From an uncultured Candidatus Rokubacteria bacterium (GTDB lineage Bacteria > Methylomirabilota > Methylomirabilia > Rokubacteriales > DASRDR01), in NCBI GenBank assembly GCA_963826115.1, contig CAWGVS010000005.1, positions 992,001 through 1,056,000 of the forward strand: a DNA stretch of 64,000 nucleotides, given 5' to 3'. The stretch's first letter is position 1, and every line of letters starts with the position of its first letter. The notes beneath the pieces are model-generated. The model did not search any database, was not told where the DNA came from, and saw only the letters and a list, made by a program, of their open reading frames with translations. Made by a program: the position numbers and the translations under genes. Shown in pieces: positions 37,472-46,165 of the stretch.

Positions 37472-37963
37472 ATGGAGCCCATGTCTCCGCCCCCCGTCGT
37501 CATCGAGGCGGCGCGACCCGCCGACGCGCCGGACATCATCGTGCTCATCGGCCGGGTCTTCGCCGAGTACGACTTCATCTGGAACCCGGCGACCGAGGTG
37601 CCCGACCTCTTCGACCTCGATCGCCATTACGGCGGGGACGCCGGCGCGTTCTGGGTGGCCCGCCTCGACGGCCGGCTGGTCGGGTCGGTCGGCGTCGCGC
37701 GCTTGCCCGACGGCCGCGCGGAGCTTCACCGGCTCTACCTCGACGCGTCGCTGCGCGGCCGGGGCATCGGCCGTGCGCTGGTGGAGGTCGTCCTCGAGTG
37801 GTGCCGGGGAGCCGATGTGCGACAGCTCGTCCTCTGGTCGGACACCCGGTTCGACCGCGCCCATCGGCTCTACGAGGGGATGGGCTTCAGGAAGACCGGC
37901 GAGCGCGAGATCGCGGACGACCCGAACGACACCCGCGAATTCGGGTACGCGCGCTCGGTCTAG
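37472..37963 (+). CDS. GNAT family N-acetyltransferase
   Basis: ELHRLYL, RGRGIG and AHRLYEGMGF motifs. Confidence 0.9.
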   Translation: MEPMSPPPVVIEAARPADAPDIIVLIGRVFAEYDFIWNPATEVPDLFDLDRHYGGDAGAFWVARLDGRLVGSVGVARLPDGRAELHRLYLDASLRGRGIGRALVEVVLEWCRGADVRQLVLWSDTRFDRAHRLYEGMGFRKTGEREIADDPNDTREFGYARSV

Positions 37964-37993
37964 GCAACCGGCGTGGACCGCGCGCCGCGCGGC

Positions 37994-38485
37994 TCAGACC
38001 CGGGGCAGCACGGGCTGAGCGGGCGCCGCGCCCTTGGCCGGCGCCGGCTGCTTGGTCAGCGGGATCGGCTTCCCGACGGTCGCCTGATGCGTGGCCGGGG
38101 TCTGATGCTTGACGGCCGCCACGTGCTTCGGCTTGGCCGCGCCCCCCTTCGCCACGTGCTTCGCCGGCGTCGCCTTCTTCACCGTCTTCTTCGCGGCGGG
38201 CTTGTGCACGACCTTCGCGGGCTTCGCGCCGTGCGTCGTCGTGGCGCCGACGTGTCCCGCCGTTCCCTTGCGAGGAGTCTGGACGGTCGTCGTCGAGCCC
38301 TGAACGACCGCGGGGATCAACTCCGGCTTCGCCGGTTCCGGGGCGCTCGCCGCGGGCGACGGCCCCGTCACCGGAACGATGCCCCGCCCCGATTCCACGG
38401 ACGGCGCCGTCGTCTGAGCCATGGCCACGCCCGCGCCCAGCAGGACACCGACCACCACCGCACCCATCGTCGTAGTCCGAGTCAC
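37994..38485 (-). CDS. Secreted Lys/Ala/Pro-rich low-complexity protein
   Basis: GAGGAG 7 nt before GTG 38485; signal peptide ending AMA-Q; KPAAKK/PAKH repeats. Confidence 0.65.
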   Translation of the reverse strand: MTRTTTMGAVVVGVLLGAGVAMAQTTAPSVESGRGIVPVTGPSPAASAPEPAKPELIPAVVQGSTTTVQTPRKGTAGHVGATTTHGAKPAKVVHKPAAKKTVKKATPAKHVAKGGAAKPKHVAAVKHQTPATHQATVGKPIPLTKQPAPAKGAAPAQPVLPRV

Positions 38486-38537
38486 TCGGCATCTCCTCGC
38501 CCGCCGGGTGCCTTCCCGGCGGGCCCCGAAGTCCGCG

Positions 38538-39311
38538 TCAGCGAACCGCCCGGGCCCCCACTCGTTCGACCAGTCCGGCCAAGATGGCTCCGGCCGGCCC
38601 GGGCAGGACGACGTCGGCGACGTGGTCGAGCCGGGTCGGTGTGAGATTGACCACCACAAGGCGCGCCCCGCTCTCGCGGGCGTAGCTCGGCATGTACGCC
38701 GCCGGGTAGACGCCGAGGGACGAGCCGACCACCAAGAAGGTCCCCGCTGCCCGGGAGCGCGCCTCGGCCCGCTCGACGGCGGGCACGGGCATCGGCTCCC
38801 CGAACAGGACGGTCAGGGGCTTGAGAATGCCCCCGCACGCCTCGCAGGCCGGGACCGTCTCACCGGCGACGAGTCGCTCCTGGATCGCGTCGCGCGCGAA
38901 CCGGCGGTCGCACGCGAGGCACCGGACGCGGGTGGCGTTGCCGTGGAGCTCGATCACCAGCTCGGGGTCCGTTCCCGCGCGCTGGTGGAGGTCGTCCACG
39001 TTCTGGGTGATCACGCAGTCGAGATGCCCGAGGCGCTCGAGCGTGACGAGGGCGCGGTGGGCCGGGTTCGGCTGCGCCGCGCGGATCGTCGCGTAGAGCT
39101 CCCGCCCCACCGCCCAGTACCGGCGGCGGGAATCCTCCGAGCGCATGAAGTTCGGGAAGGAGAAGTCCTCGGGGTCGTAGCGCGCCCAGAGGCCCGTGGG
39201 GCTCCGGAAGTCCGGGATGCCGGATTCCGTCGAGACGCCGGCGCCGGTAAAGGCCACGACGCGACCGGTCGTGGCGAGCAACTCCGCGGCCCTGTCGAGC
39301 CGGGCGTTCAT
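38538..39311 (-). CDS. cobB: Sir2-family NAD-dependent protein deacylase
   Basis: TGAGVSTESGIPDFRS, TQNVDDLH, ELHG, two CxxC pairs and VGSSL. Confidence 0.92.
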   Translation of the reverse strand: MNARLDRAAELLATTGRVVAFTGAGVSTESGIPDFRSPTGLWARYDPEDFSFPNFMRSEDSRRRYWAVGRELYATIRAAQPNPAHRALVTLERLGHLDCVITQNVDDLHQRAGTDPELVIELHGNATRVRCLACDRRFARDAIQERLVAGETVPACEACGGILKPLTVLFGEPMPVPAVERAEARSRAAGTFLVVGSSLGVYPAAYMPSYARESGARLVVVNLTPTRLDHVADVVLPGPAGAILAGLVERVGARAVR

Positions 39312-39428
39312 CTCGAGCGTTCCCTGCATCCCGACAGGAGCGTAGCAGAGGGCCGCGCGACGCCGTGAAAGGATTCGGCCGCCGGCGTGCCGGGATTCGC
39401 CCGGACGCGACGGCTCAGCGGGCTCGGA

Positions 39429-40613
39429 TCAGGGCTGGCCGAGCACCGCGACGCACGACACGGCGCCCGGGCCGCCGAGCGTGTGCGCCAGGCCTGTCCG
39501 CGCACCGGCGACCTGCATCCGTCCGGCGCGGCCGAGGAGCTGGTCGACGACGTTGTTCACCATCCGGACCCCGGACGCGCCGACGGGGTGGCCGCAGGAC
39601 TTCAAGCCGCCCGAGGTGTTGACGGGGAGGTCGCCGCCGAGCCGCGTGACGCCGGCGGTCGCCAGCTTGTGACCCTCGCCCGGCGCCGCCAGCCCGAGAT
39701 CCTCGTAGTTGATGATCTCGGTGATGGTGAAGCAGTCGTGGACCTCCGCCACGTCGATCTCGCGAGACGGGTCGGTCACTCCCGCCATCCGGTACGCGGC
39801 CCGGGCGGCCTCGCGCGTCGCCCGGAACGACGTGAAATCCCAGGAAGGGTCGAACTGGGTATTCCAGTACCCCGCGGCCACGCTGAACGCGATCCCCCGA
39901 AGCAGGGCGTGCGGCCGGCCGCGGCGCGCCGCGAGCTCCGCGGGCATCAGCACGCAGGCCGCCGCGCCGTCGGTCGTGGGGCAGCAGTCGTAGAGCCCCA
40001 GCGGCTCGGCGACCTTCGCAGCCCGGGCGTGCTGCTCGGGGGTGATGGCCTTCTGGAAGTGGGCATTCGGGTTCAGGCTTCCGTGCCAGTGGTTCTTCAC
40101 GGCGACCGCGCCCAGCGCCGACTCGTCGATCCCGTACTCCTTGAAGTAGCGCGTCGCGAGGAGCGCGAACATCCCCGGCGCCGTCCGGCCCTTGCAGAGC
40201 ACCGGATGGCCGCGCTCCATGGCCTGGGCGACCAGGCTCCCGCGGGACGGTACCTCGCGCATCTTCTCGGCGCCCACGACGAGGACGACGTCGTACTCCC
40301 CGGAGGCCACCGCGAGCGCGCCGTTCCGCACGGCTTCCATCCCCGAGGCGCAGTAGGCGGCCACGCGCGTGATGGGGATCGGCGGGAGCCCGAGCGTGTC
40401 GCCGACGAAGGTGCCGGCGTTGCCCTCGTAGCCGTAGAGAAGCGGCTCGTAGGTGCCGAGCCACCCGGCCTGGAGCTCGCCGGGCTCGACCCCGGCGTCG
40501 GCCATGGCGAGGGTCGCGGCCTCGTACACCATGTCGGAGTACGACTGGTGGAAGTTCTCCCCGAAGCGGATCGTGCCCGTGCCGACGATCGCGACCTGGT
40601 TGGCGAGTCCCAT
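39429..40613 (-). CDS. SCP-x-type thiolase/acetyl-CoA acetyltransferase
   Basis: CASG, GAEKM, DGAAA, AEVHDCF and NTSGGLKSCGHPVGASG motifs. Confidence 0.9.
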   Translation of the reverse strand: MGLANQVAIVGTGTIRFGENFHQSYSDMVYEAATLAMADAGVEPGELQAGWLGTYEPLLYGYEGNAGTFVGDTLGLPPIPITRVAAYCASGMEAVRNGALAVASGEYDVVLVVGAEKMREVPSRGSLVAQAMERGHPVLCKGRTAPGMFALLATRYFKEYGIDESALGAVAVKNHWHGSLNPNAHFQKAITPEQHARAAKVAEPLGLYDCCPTTDGAAACVLMPAELAARRGRPHALLRGIAFSVAAGYWNTQFDPSWDFTSFRATREAARAAYRMAGVTDPSREIDVAEVHDCFTITEIINYEDLGLAAPGEGHKLATAGVTRLGGDLPVNTSGGLKSCGHPVGASGVRMVNNVVDQLLGRAGRMQVAGARTGLAHTLGGPGAVSCVAVLGQP

Positions 40614-40720
40614 GCGCTGCCTCCGGCCCATAGTGCGCCGACTCGGCGGACCCTGTCCAGCATCCGGTCCCCGGGGAACCAAGCGGGATCGCCGGCTAAG
40701 ATGACTCCGGAGGTGCCCCG

Positions 40721-41353
40721 GTGACGCCCGACTTCGTCCTCGCGGACGCGGAGGTCCGCTCGCTCGGCGAGCGCGGATGGTTTCTTCGGGACGGGGTCCT
40801 CGGTCCCGCCGTCGCCGGGAAGGTCCACGCGGCCGTGGAGGCGCTCGCCGCGGCCGGGCGCCTCCGGCCCGCGGGTGTGAGCCGCGGCGCGACCTATCGC
40901 CTGGACGGGGCGGTCCGCGGGGACGCGATCGCCTGGCTCGACCCGGACCAGATCCCGCCGGCCCTCCGTCCGCTCTGCACCCTGTTCCGGGCGCTGCGCG
41001 ACGCGCTGAACGCGTCGGCCTATCTCGGGCTCGACCGGATGGAGATGCAGGTCGCCCGCTATCCGGGAGACGGCGCTGCCTACGCGCGCCACCGCGATGC
41101 GTTCTCGTCCCCGACGCCCGGGCCGCCGAACCGCCGCGTCACGGCGATCTACTACGCCAATCCCGGCTGGCGTCCCGAGGACGGAGGCGTGCTACGGCTC
41201 CACGGGGATGACGGACTGCAGGACGTCGAGCCGATTCTCGACCGCCTGCTGGTCTTCATGAGCGAGCGCGTCGAGCACGAGGTACTCCCCGCCCGGGCGC
41301 CCCGCCGTGCGGTCACCGTGTGGTTCCGGGCGCGGGATCCCCTCGCGGGCTGA
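40721..41353 (+). CDS. 2OG-Fe(II) oxygenase, EGLN/PHD prolyl-hydroxylase-like
   Basis: VRGDAIAW, YARHRD, YYAN, GGVLRL, HEVLP and RRAVTVWF. Confidence 0.88.
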   Translation: MTPDFVLADAEVRSLGERGWFLRDGVLGPAVAGKVHAAVEALAAAGRLRPAGVSRGATYRLDGAVRGDAIAWLDPDQIPPALRPLCTLFRALRDALNASAYLGLDRMEMQVARYPGDGAAYARHRDAFSSPTPGPPNRRVTAIYYANPGWRPEDGGVLRLHGDDGLQDVEPILDRLLVFMSERVEHEVLPARAPRRAVTVWFRARDPLAG

Positions 41354-41367
41354 CCGCGCGCGGGCGC

Positions 41368-42564
41368 TCAGACGACGTGGTCCCGCCTGAACGCCGCGAT
41401 CTCGTCGGCGGAATAGCCGAGCTGGCCCAGGACCTCGGTCGTGTGGGCGCCGAGTTTCGGCGCCACGCTCCGCACCGCGACGGAGCTCCGGGACAGGCGT
41501 ACCGGCACACGCACGTGGGGGACCTGGCCGAGCACCGGATCCTCCGCGTGCACGACCATGCCCAGGTGGCGGACCTGCGGGTCCGAGAAAAGCTGGCCGT
41601 AGGTGTTGACCGGGCCGGACGGCACCCCGGCGGCGTCGAGCGCGGCGACCCAGTGGGCCGTCGGGCGCGTCGCCAGGACGCGCTCGAGCTCACGCTCGAG
41701 GGCCTCCCGGTGCTGGAGACGGTCGGCGTTCCGCCGGAAGCGCGCGTCGTCGATCCAGTCCGGCCGTCCGAGCGCCCGGGCGCAGCGCTCCCACAGCTCC
41801 TGCGTGGCGGCGCCGATCATCAGGTAGCCGTCCTGGGTGGCGAAGCGCTGGTACGGCGCGTTCTGGCGGTGGCGGGCCCCTTGGCGCGTCGGCTCGCGCC
41901 CGTCCACGAGCCACGCGGCGCCGGTCCACCCCGAGAAGCCGAGGGCCGTCTCGAGGAGCGAGCAGTCGACCTTCTGGCCCCGGCCCGTGCGCTCGCGCTC
42001 GTAGAGGGCGGCCAGGATCCCCTGGACGCCCCACATGCCGGTCCCGAGGTCGCAGATCGGCTGGCCGACCGACGTCGGCGGGCCGTCGGGCTCGCCGGTG
42101 ACGTGCATCAGTCCGCCCATTCCCTGGGCGATCAGGTCGAGGCCACCCTTGTCCCGGTAGGGGCCGTCCGGCCCGAACCCGCTCAGCTGCGCGTAGATCA
42201 GGCGCGGATTCTCGGCCGCGAGCGCCTCGTACCCGAGCCGGGCGCGCTCCATCACCGTCGCCCGGTAGTTCTCCACGAGGACGTCGACGCTCCGCACGAG
42301 ACGGAGAAACACCTCCCGCCCCGCCGCCCCCTTGTAGTCGAGGGTCACGCTCTTCTTGTTCCGGTTGATGTACCGGAAGAAGGGATTGCGCTCGGCGCCG
42401 TCGCCCATCGCGCGGGAGGAGTCACCCTTGCCGGGCCGCTCGAGCTTCAGCACCTCGGCCCCCATGTCCGCCAGGATCATCGTGCAGAACGGGCCGGCCA
42501 TGTGCTCGGTGAGGTCGAGGACCCGGAGACCCTGGAGCGGGCCCGAGGCAGTCGATGCGCTCAC
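41368..42564 (-). CDS. Family III CoA-transferase
   Basis: DLTEHMAGP, NRNKKS, ENYR and GQPICD motifs. Confidence 0.92.
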   Translation of the reverse strand: MSASTASGPLQGLRVLDLTEHMAGPFCTMILADMGAEVLKLERPGKGDSSRAMGDGAERNPFFRYINRNKKSVTLDYKGAAGREVFLRLVRSVDVLVENYRATVMERARLGYEALAAENPRLIYAQLSGFGPDGPYRDKGGLDLIAQGMGGLMHVTGEPDGPPTSVGQPICDLGTGMWGVQGILAALYERERTGRGQKVDCSLLETALGFSGWTGAAWLVDGREPTRQGARHRQNAPYQRFATQDGYLMIGAATQELWERCARALGRPDWIDDARFRRNADRLQHREALERELERVLATRPTAHWVAALDAAGVPSGPVNTYGQLFSDPQVRHLGMVVHAEDPVLGQVPHVRVPVRLSRSSVAVRSVAPKLGAHTTEVLGQLGYSADEIAAFRRDHVV

Positions 42565-42577
42565 GTCGCGGCTCCTC

Positions 42578-43357
42578 TCAGCGCCCGACGAACCGCGGCG
42601 TCGTCTTCGCGAGGAACGCCCGGTAGCCGATCTGGAAGTCCTCGGTGTCGAAGCACTCGTAGGCCACGTCGCGGTCGGCCTCGGTCAGGGGTCGACGCGC
42701 GACCAGGTCGTAGACAAACCGCTTGTGCCACCGGGCGGCGAGGGGGGCGCCCTCGGCGATCTTCCGGGCCACGGCGTACGCCTCCTCCTCGACCCGGTCG
42801 TCGGGCACCACCCGGTTGACGAACCCGATCCGGAGCGCCGTCTGGGCGTCGAGCAGGTCCCCCGTGAGCAGGATCTCGAGCACCGACGGTGCGCCGATCA
42901 TCCGCACGACGGCCTCGAGCTCCTCGTGGCTCTCGACCAGCCCGAGGCGCTTGACGGGGACGCCGAACCGGCTCGACTCCCCGCTGATCCGGAGGTCGCA
43001 CATCCCGGCGAGCCCGAACCCGCCACCCACGCAGAGGCCCTGAATCAGCGCGACCACGGGATGCCGGCACGCGCGGACCGCGTGGAAGGCCGGGTTCCCG
43101 AGGCGCGCGTACTCCCGCGCCTTCGCCGCCGAGCTCCGCGTGGCCTCGAACTCGGCGATGTCCGCGCCGACGGAGAAGGCGCGGCCGCCGGCGCCGCGGA
43201 CGACGACGCACCGGAGGTCCGTGTCCCGGTCGCACGCCTCGATGATCTCGCCGAGCCGCCGGTTCATGGCGACCGACATGGCGTTCAGCTTCTCGGGCCG
43301 GTTCAGGACCACCGTCGCGATGGGCCCGTCCGTCGTCACGTAGATCGGCTCGCTCAT
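42578..43357 (-). CDS. Enoyl-CoA hydratase/isomerase family
   Basis: LNRPEKLNAM, FSVGADI, CVGGG; the canonical Glu pair is not evident. Confidence 0.88.
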   Translation of the reverse strand: MSEPIYVTTDGPIATVVLNRPEKLNAMSVAMNRRLGEIIEACDRDTDLRCVVVRGAGGRAFSVGADIAEFEATRSSAAKAREYARLGNPAFHAVRACRHPVVALIQGLCVGGGFGLAGMCDLRISGESSRFGVPVKRLGLVESHEELEAVVRMIGAPSVLEILLTGDLLDAQTALRIGFVNRVVPDDRVEEEAYAVARKIAEGAPLAARWHKRFVYDLVARRPLTEADRDVAYECFDTEDFQIGYRAFLAKTTPRFVGR

Positions 43358-44253
43358 GCGTCGCTCCCTCGCTGGATCAGGATCCGCCGTCCGCGCTCGC
43401 GGAGGGCGTCAGGAAAGGGCGTCGGCCTCCGGGCGTCCACGTCGAGGTGCACGCCGAACTGGTCGAGACTCGCCACCAGCGCCCCGGAGCGCGCGTTGAA
43501 CATCCGGTGCAGCACCCGGATCGACGAGTTGCCGAGGTGGAGCAGCCCGGTCCGCACGCGCACGGGGTCGCCCGCGTGAAGCTCGTCCCGGAACTCGAGC
43601 TGGAACTCGAAGGTCGACATGCCCCGCCGCTGGTCCCGCATGTAGGCCGGCGTCATCCCGAACGCGGCGAACGTCTGGATTCCGCCCGCCGAGAAGCGGT
43701 GGATGTAGAAGGGAAAGGCGCTCTGTCCGAAGACGTCGATCTCCCAGGGCTTCACGGTGTCCCGCGCCGACTCGACGAACCCCTCCGAGCCCTCGGGCTG
43801 CCAGCGCGTCTCCCGGGCGGGGCCGTCCCAGGCGGCCTGGCGGGCCTCGGCGGCCTGGCGCGCGCCGGCCGGCAGCGCGGCGGGCTCCCGCCCCCCGAGC
43901 CCGACGTGGAGCGTCCGCTGCTCCATCGTCGCGCAGAGCACGCCGGTGTCCGAGTTGAAGACGCGGTGACCCAGACGGAGCCCGGTCTCGTCCACCCCGA
44001 TCACCGCGCTCGAGATGTGGAGGACGTCGCCGACGCGGAGCTCGTGCGCGTAGCGCACGTAGCAGTCGACGGTCACGCACCCGCGGCGCTCCGTCCGCAT
44101 GTACCCGGCGCCGAGCCCCAGGCCGTCGAGGAGCGTCAGCGTGGCGTCGGCGAACCGCTCGAAGTAGTAGGCCACCGTCAGGTGCTCGACGATGTCCGTC
44201 TCCCAGGGGAACACCGTGCCGCGGTACGTGTCGACCCAGGGCGCCTCGTCCAT
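43354..44253 (-). CDS. Double hot-dog acyl-CoA thioesterase-like protein
   Basis: Two tandem repeats (VFPWETDIVEHL...ELRVGD and VKPWEIDVFGQ...ELHAGD). Confidence 0.8.
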   Translation of the reverse strand: MDEAPWVDTYRGTVFPWETDIVEHLTVAYYFERFADATLTLLDGLGLGAGYMRTERRGCVTVDCYVRYAHELRVGDVLHISSAVIGVDETGLRLGHRVFNSDTGVLCATMEQRTLHVGLGGREPAALPAGARQAAEARQAAWDGPARETRWQPEGSEGFVESARDTVKPWEIDVFGQSAFPFYIHRFSAGGIQTFAAFGMTPAYMRDQRRGMSTFEFQLEFRDELHAGDPVRVRTGLLHLGNSSIRVLHRMFNARSGALVASLDQFGVHLDVDARRPTPFPDALRERGRRILIQRGSDA

Positions 44254-44326
44254 GGGCACGGACTGTAGACGCGCGCCGGAACAGCGTCAACACGCGCGCC
44301 GAGGGGCGAGGGCGGCCCTGTCCGGG

Positions 44327-44722
44327 CTACGAGCGCTCCTCGACGTTGGAGCCGTCCACCCGGAGCCCGCAGCTCAGACAGCGCCGCGAAAAGATGTTCG
44401 TGTTGAAACGGACACCCGGCTCGTTCCGGGTCTGGAGCCGCGTGCGCCCGCGGTGGTGGAAGGGGCCATGACACCGAGGACAGCGCCGCGCGAGCGTCAG
44501 GAGGCACAGCGCGCATCCCAGCGCGAAGACGTTGAACATCCAGTTCCAGAAGCGGTGGGTCCAGGGCGCTCCGCTCACGAGGAAGTGGGTGCTCCCGGGG
44601 AACACCTTGTTCACGAGGACCAGGATGGCCGTGAGGACCACCGGGAGCCCGGCGCAGAGCCAGGCCGTCCGGCGAAACCATCGCAGCGTCCGGAGGCCCC
44701 GGCGGATCTCGGGGGAGTCCAT
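44327..44722 (-). CDS. Small membrane protein with C-terminal Zn-ribbon-like CxxC pairs
   Basis: Two TM segments followed by RCPRCH and RCLSCG. Confidence 0.6.
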   Translation of the reverse strand: MDSPEIRRGLRTLRWFRRTAWLCAGLPVVLTAILVLVNKVFPGSTHFLVSGAPWTHRFWNWMFNVFALGCALCLLTLARRCPRCHGPFHHRGRTRLQTRNEPGVRFNTNIFSRRCLSCGLRVDGSNVEERS

Positions 44723-44807
44723 GGCGGCGCCCAGTCTACCTCAGCGACCCGAGACGCCCGGCGCTCGACCTTCGTGATCGGGCGGCGATCGGCGCTAGAA
44801 TCCCAGC

Positions 44808-46055
44808 GTGCGCTGGCTCCTCGCGCTGAACCTCTGGGCGGTCGTCTTCACCGCGGCGCCGACCGCCGCGGACACGCTCGGCGAGGTACTGCGCGCCAGC
44901 GGCGTGACCCCCCCGCCGGCCCTGGTCGACCTCGATCGTCCGCTCGCGAGCCACGCGATTGCCGCGGACGGCAGCGCGACCCTCGTCCTCTACGATCGGG
45001 GACCGGCGGCAGGTCAGCCCGAGCTGGTGCTCCTGCGCCTGGGACCGGGGAGCGTCCCGCCGCGACGCGTCCCGGCCGTCTGGTCACGCTCGGCGCCCGA
45101 TGGGCTCGACGTGCGGACCTGCGCCCGGGTCGACTCGCTCGACCGCCGGGCGGGAGTCCTGGTGGCGACGGCCCACGTGAACCCATCCGCCGCCTGCACG
45201 CTGGTGTTCGGCCCGGACCTCCGTCTCCGCGCGGTCCTGCCGGGCTGGCTGGTCGCGACCCTGCCCGATGGGCGGCTCGTCTATCACCGGAACCAGGTCC
45301 ACTTCGCCTCGTTCCACCCGCTCGCCCTCCGCCTGTTCGATCCGGGTCGAGTCACGGACGCGCCCCTCCATCCGAGGAAGCCGTACCAGGCGGTACGGCT
45401 CGACCACATCGCTCGGATGCGGCGCGTCTACACGCCGGCCTGGTGCGCCGCACACAACCATCCGTGCGACCCCCAGGTCTTCGACGAGCGCCTGACCGGC
45501 GACGTCCGGATCGATCCGAGCGGCGACGCGATCGCCTTCGTCGTGTCACTCGACAACACCGCGGGCTGGAGCGACGCCGAGCGGTGGGGCCGGCTCGAGC
45601 CGTTCCGGGAGATCCGCGCCGCAGCCCGGTCATGGGACCGCCGGGGCCCGCCGCCGCCGGACCTGGCCGAGGGCCTCGCCGCGGGGCTGTCGAGAGCGCG
45701 GAACCTGGGCGCGGAGGCGCACGTGCGCGCCGCGCTGGCGAGCGACGCCGATGTTCGAGACCTCGTGGTCGCCGTGCTGGCGTCCTTGCCTGCCCCGCCC
45801 GGCGACCGGACCCGGTGGCTCGCCGCTCTCGATCCGCGCTGGAGCGAGCCCGAGGCCTGGGTGCGACTCCTGCGCCTCGTGGACGGTCCCGACGAGCTCA
45901 CCGACGTCGTCTACGTCTACACGGGTCTGACGTCGCCCGGTTCCCTGCGGTACCGCGAGCTCGCCAAGCCCGACTTCGACGCGCGCTTCGGGTCGCTGGA
46001 GGTCGCGCTCGAGCCCGCGGCGCTCCGCGCGCTCCTCGGCACCGCCGGCAGGTAG
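44808..46055 (+). CDS. Secreted hypothetical protein
   Basis: Signal peptide; TAGAAT 6 nt before GTG; four Cys residues. Confidence 0.7.
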   Translation: MRWLLALNLWAVVFTAAPTAADTLGEVLRASGVTPPPALVDLDRPLASHAIAADGSATLVLYDRGPAAGQPELVLLRLGPGSVPPRRVPAVWSRSAPDGLDVRTCARVDSLDRRAGVLVATAHVNPSAACTLVFGPDLRLRAVLPGWLVATLPDGRLVYHRNQVHFASFHPLALRLFDPGRVTDAPLHPRKPYQAVRLDHIARMRRVYTPAWCAAHNHPCDPQVFDERLTGDVRIDPSGDAIAFVVSLDNTAGWSDAERWGRLEPFREIRAAARSWDRRGPPPPDLAEGLAAGLSRARNLGAEAHVRAALASDADVRDLVVAVLASLPAPPGDRTRWLAALDPRWSEPEAWVRLLRLVDGPDELTDVVYVYTGLTSPGSLRYRELAKPDFDARFGSLEVALEPAALRALLGTAGR

Positions 46056-46165
46056 CACCCGCGGGCCCTCCGCTCCGGGGGCCTGTCGCGTGGGCCGTGT
46101 GCTATCCTGACCGTGACGTCCTGGAGCGCGCGCCCCGGTCGTTCACGGCGCTGGAGGGCAGAGAG

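Noticed and set aside
44192-46165. Apparent N-terminal extension making a 1415-aa kinase
   Set aside because: Low-complexity frame overlapping two other genes; recognisable kinase sequence starts only near 46.1-46.2 kb.
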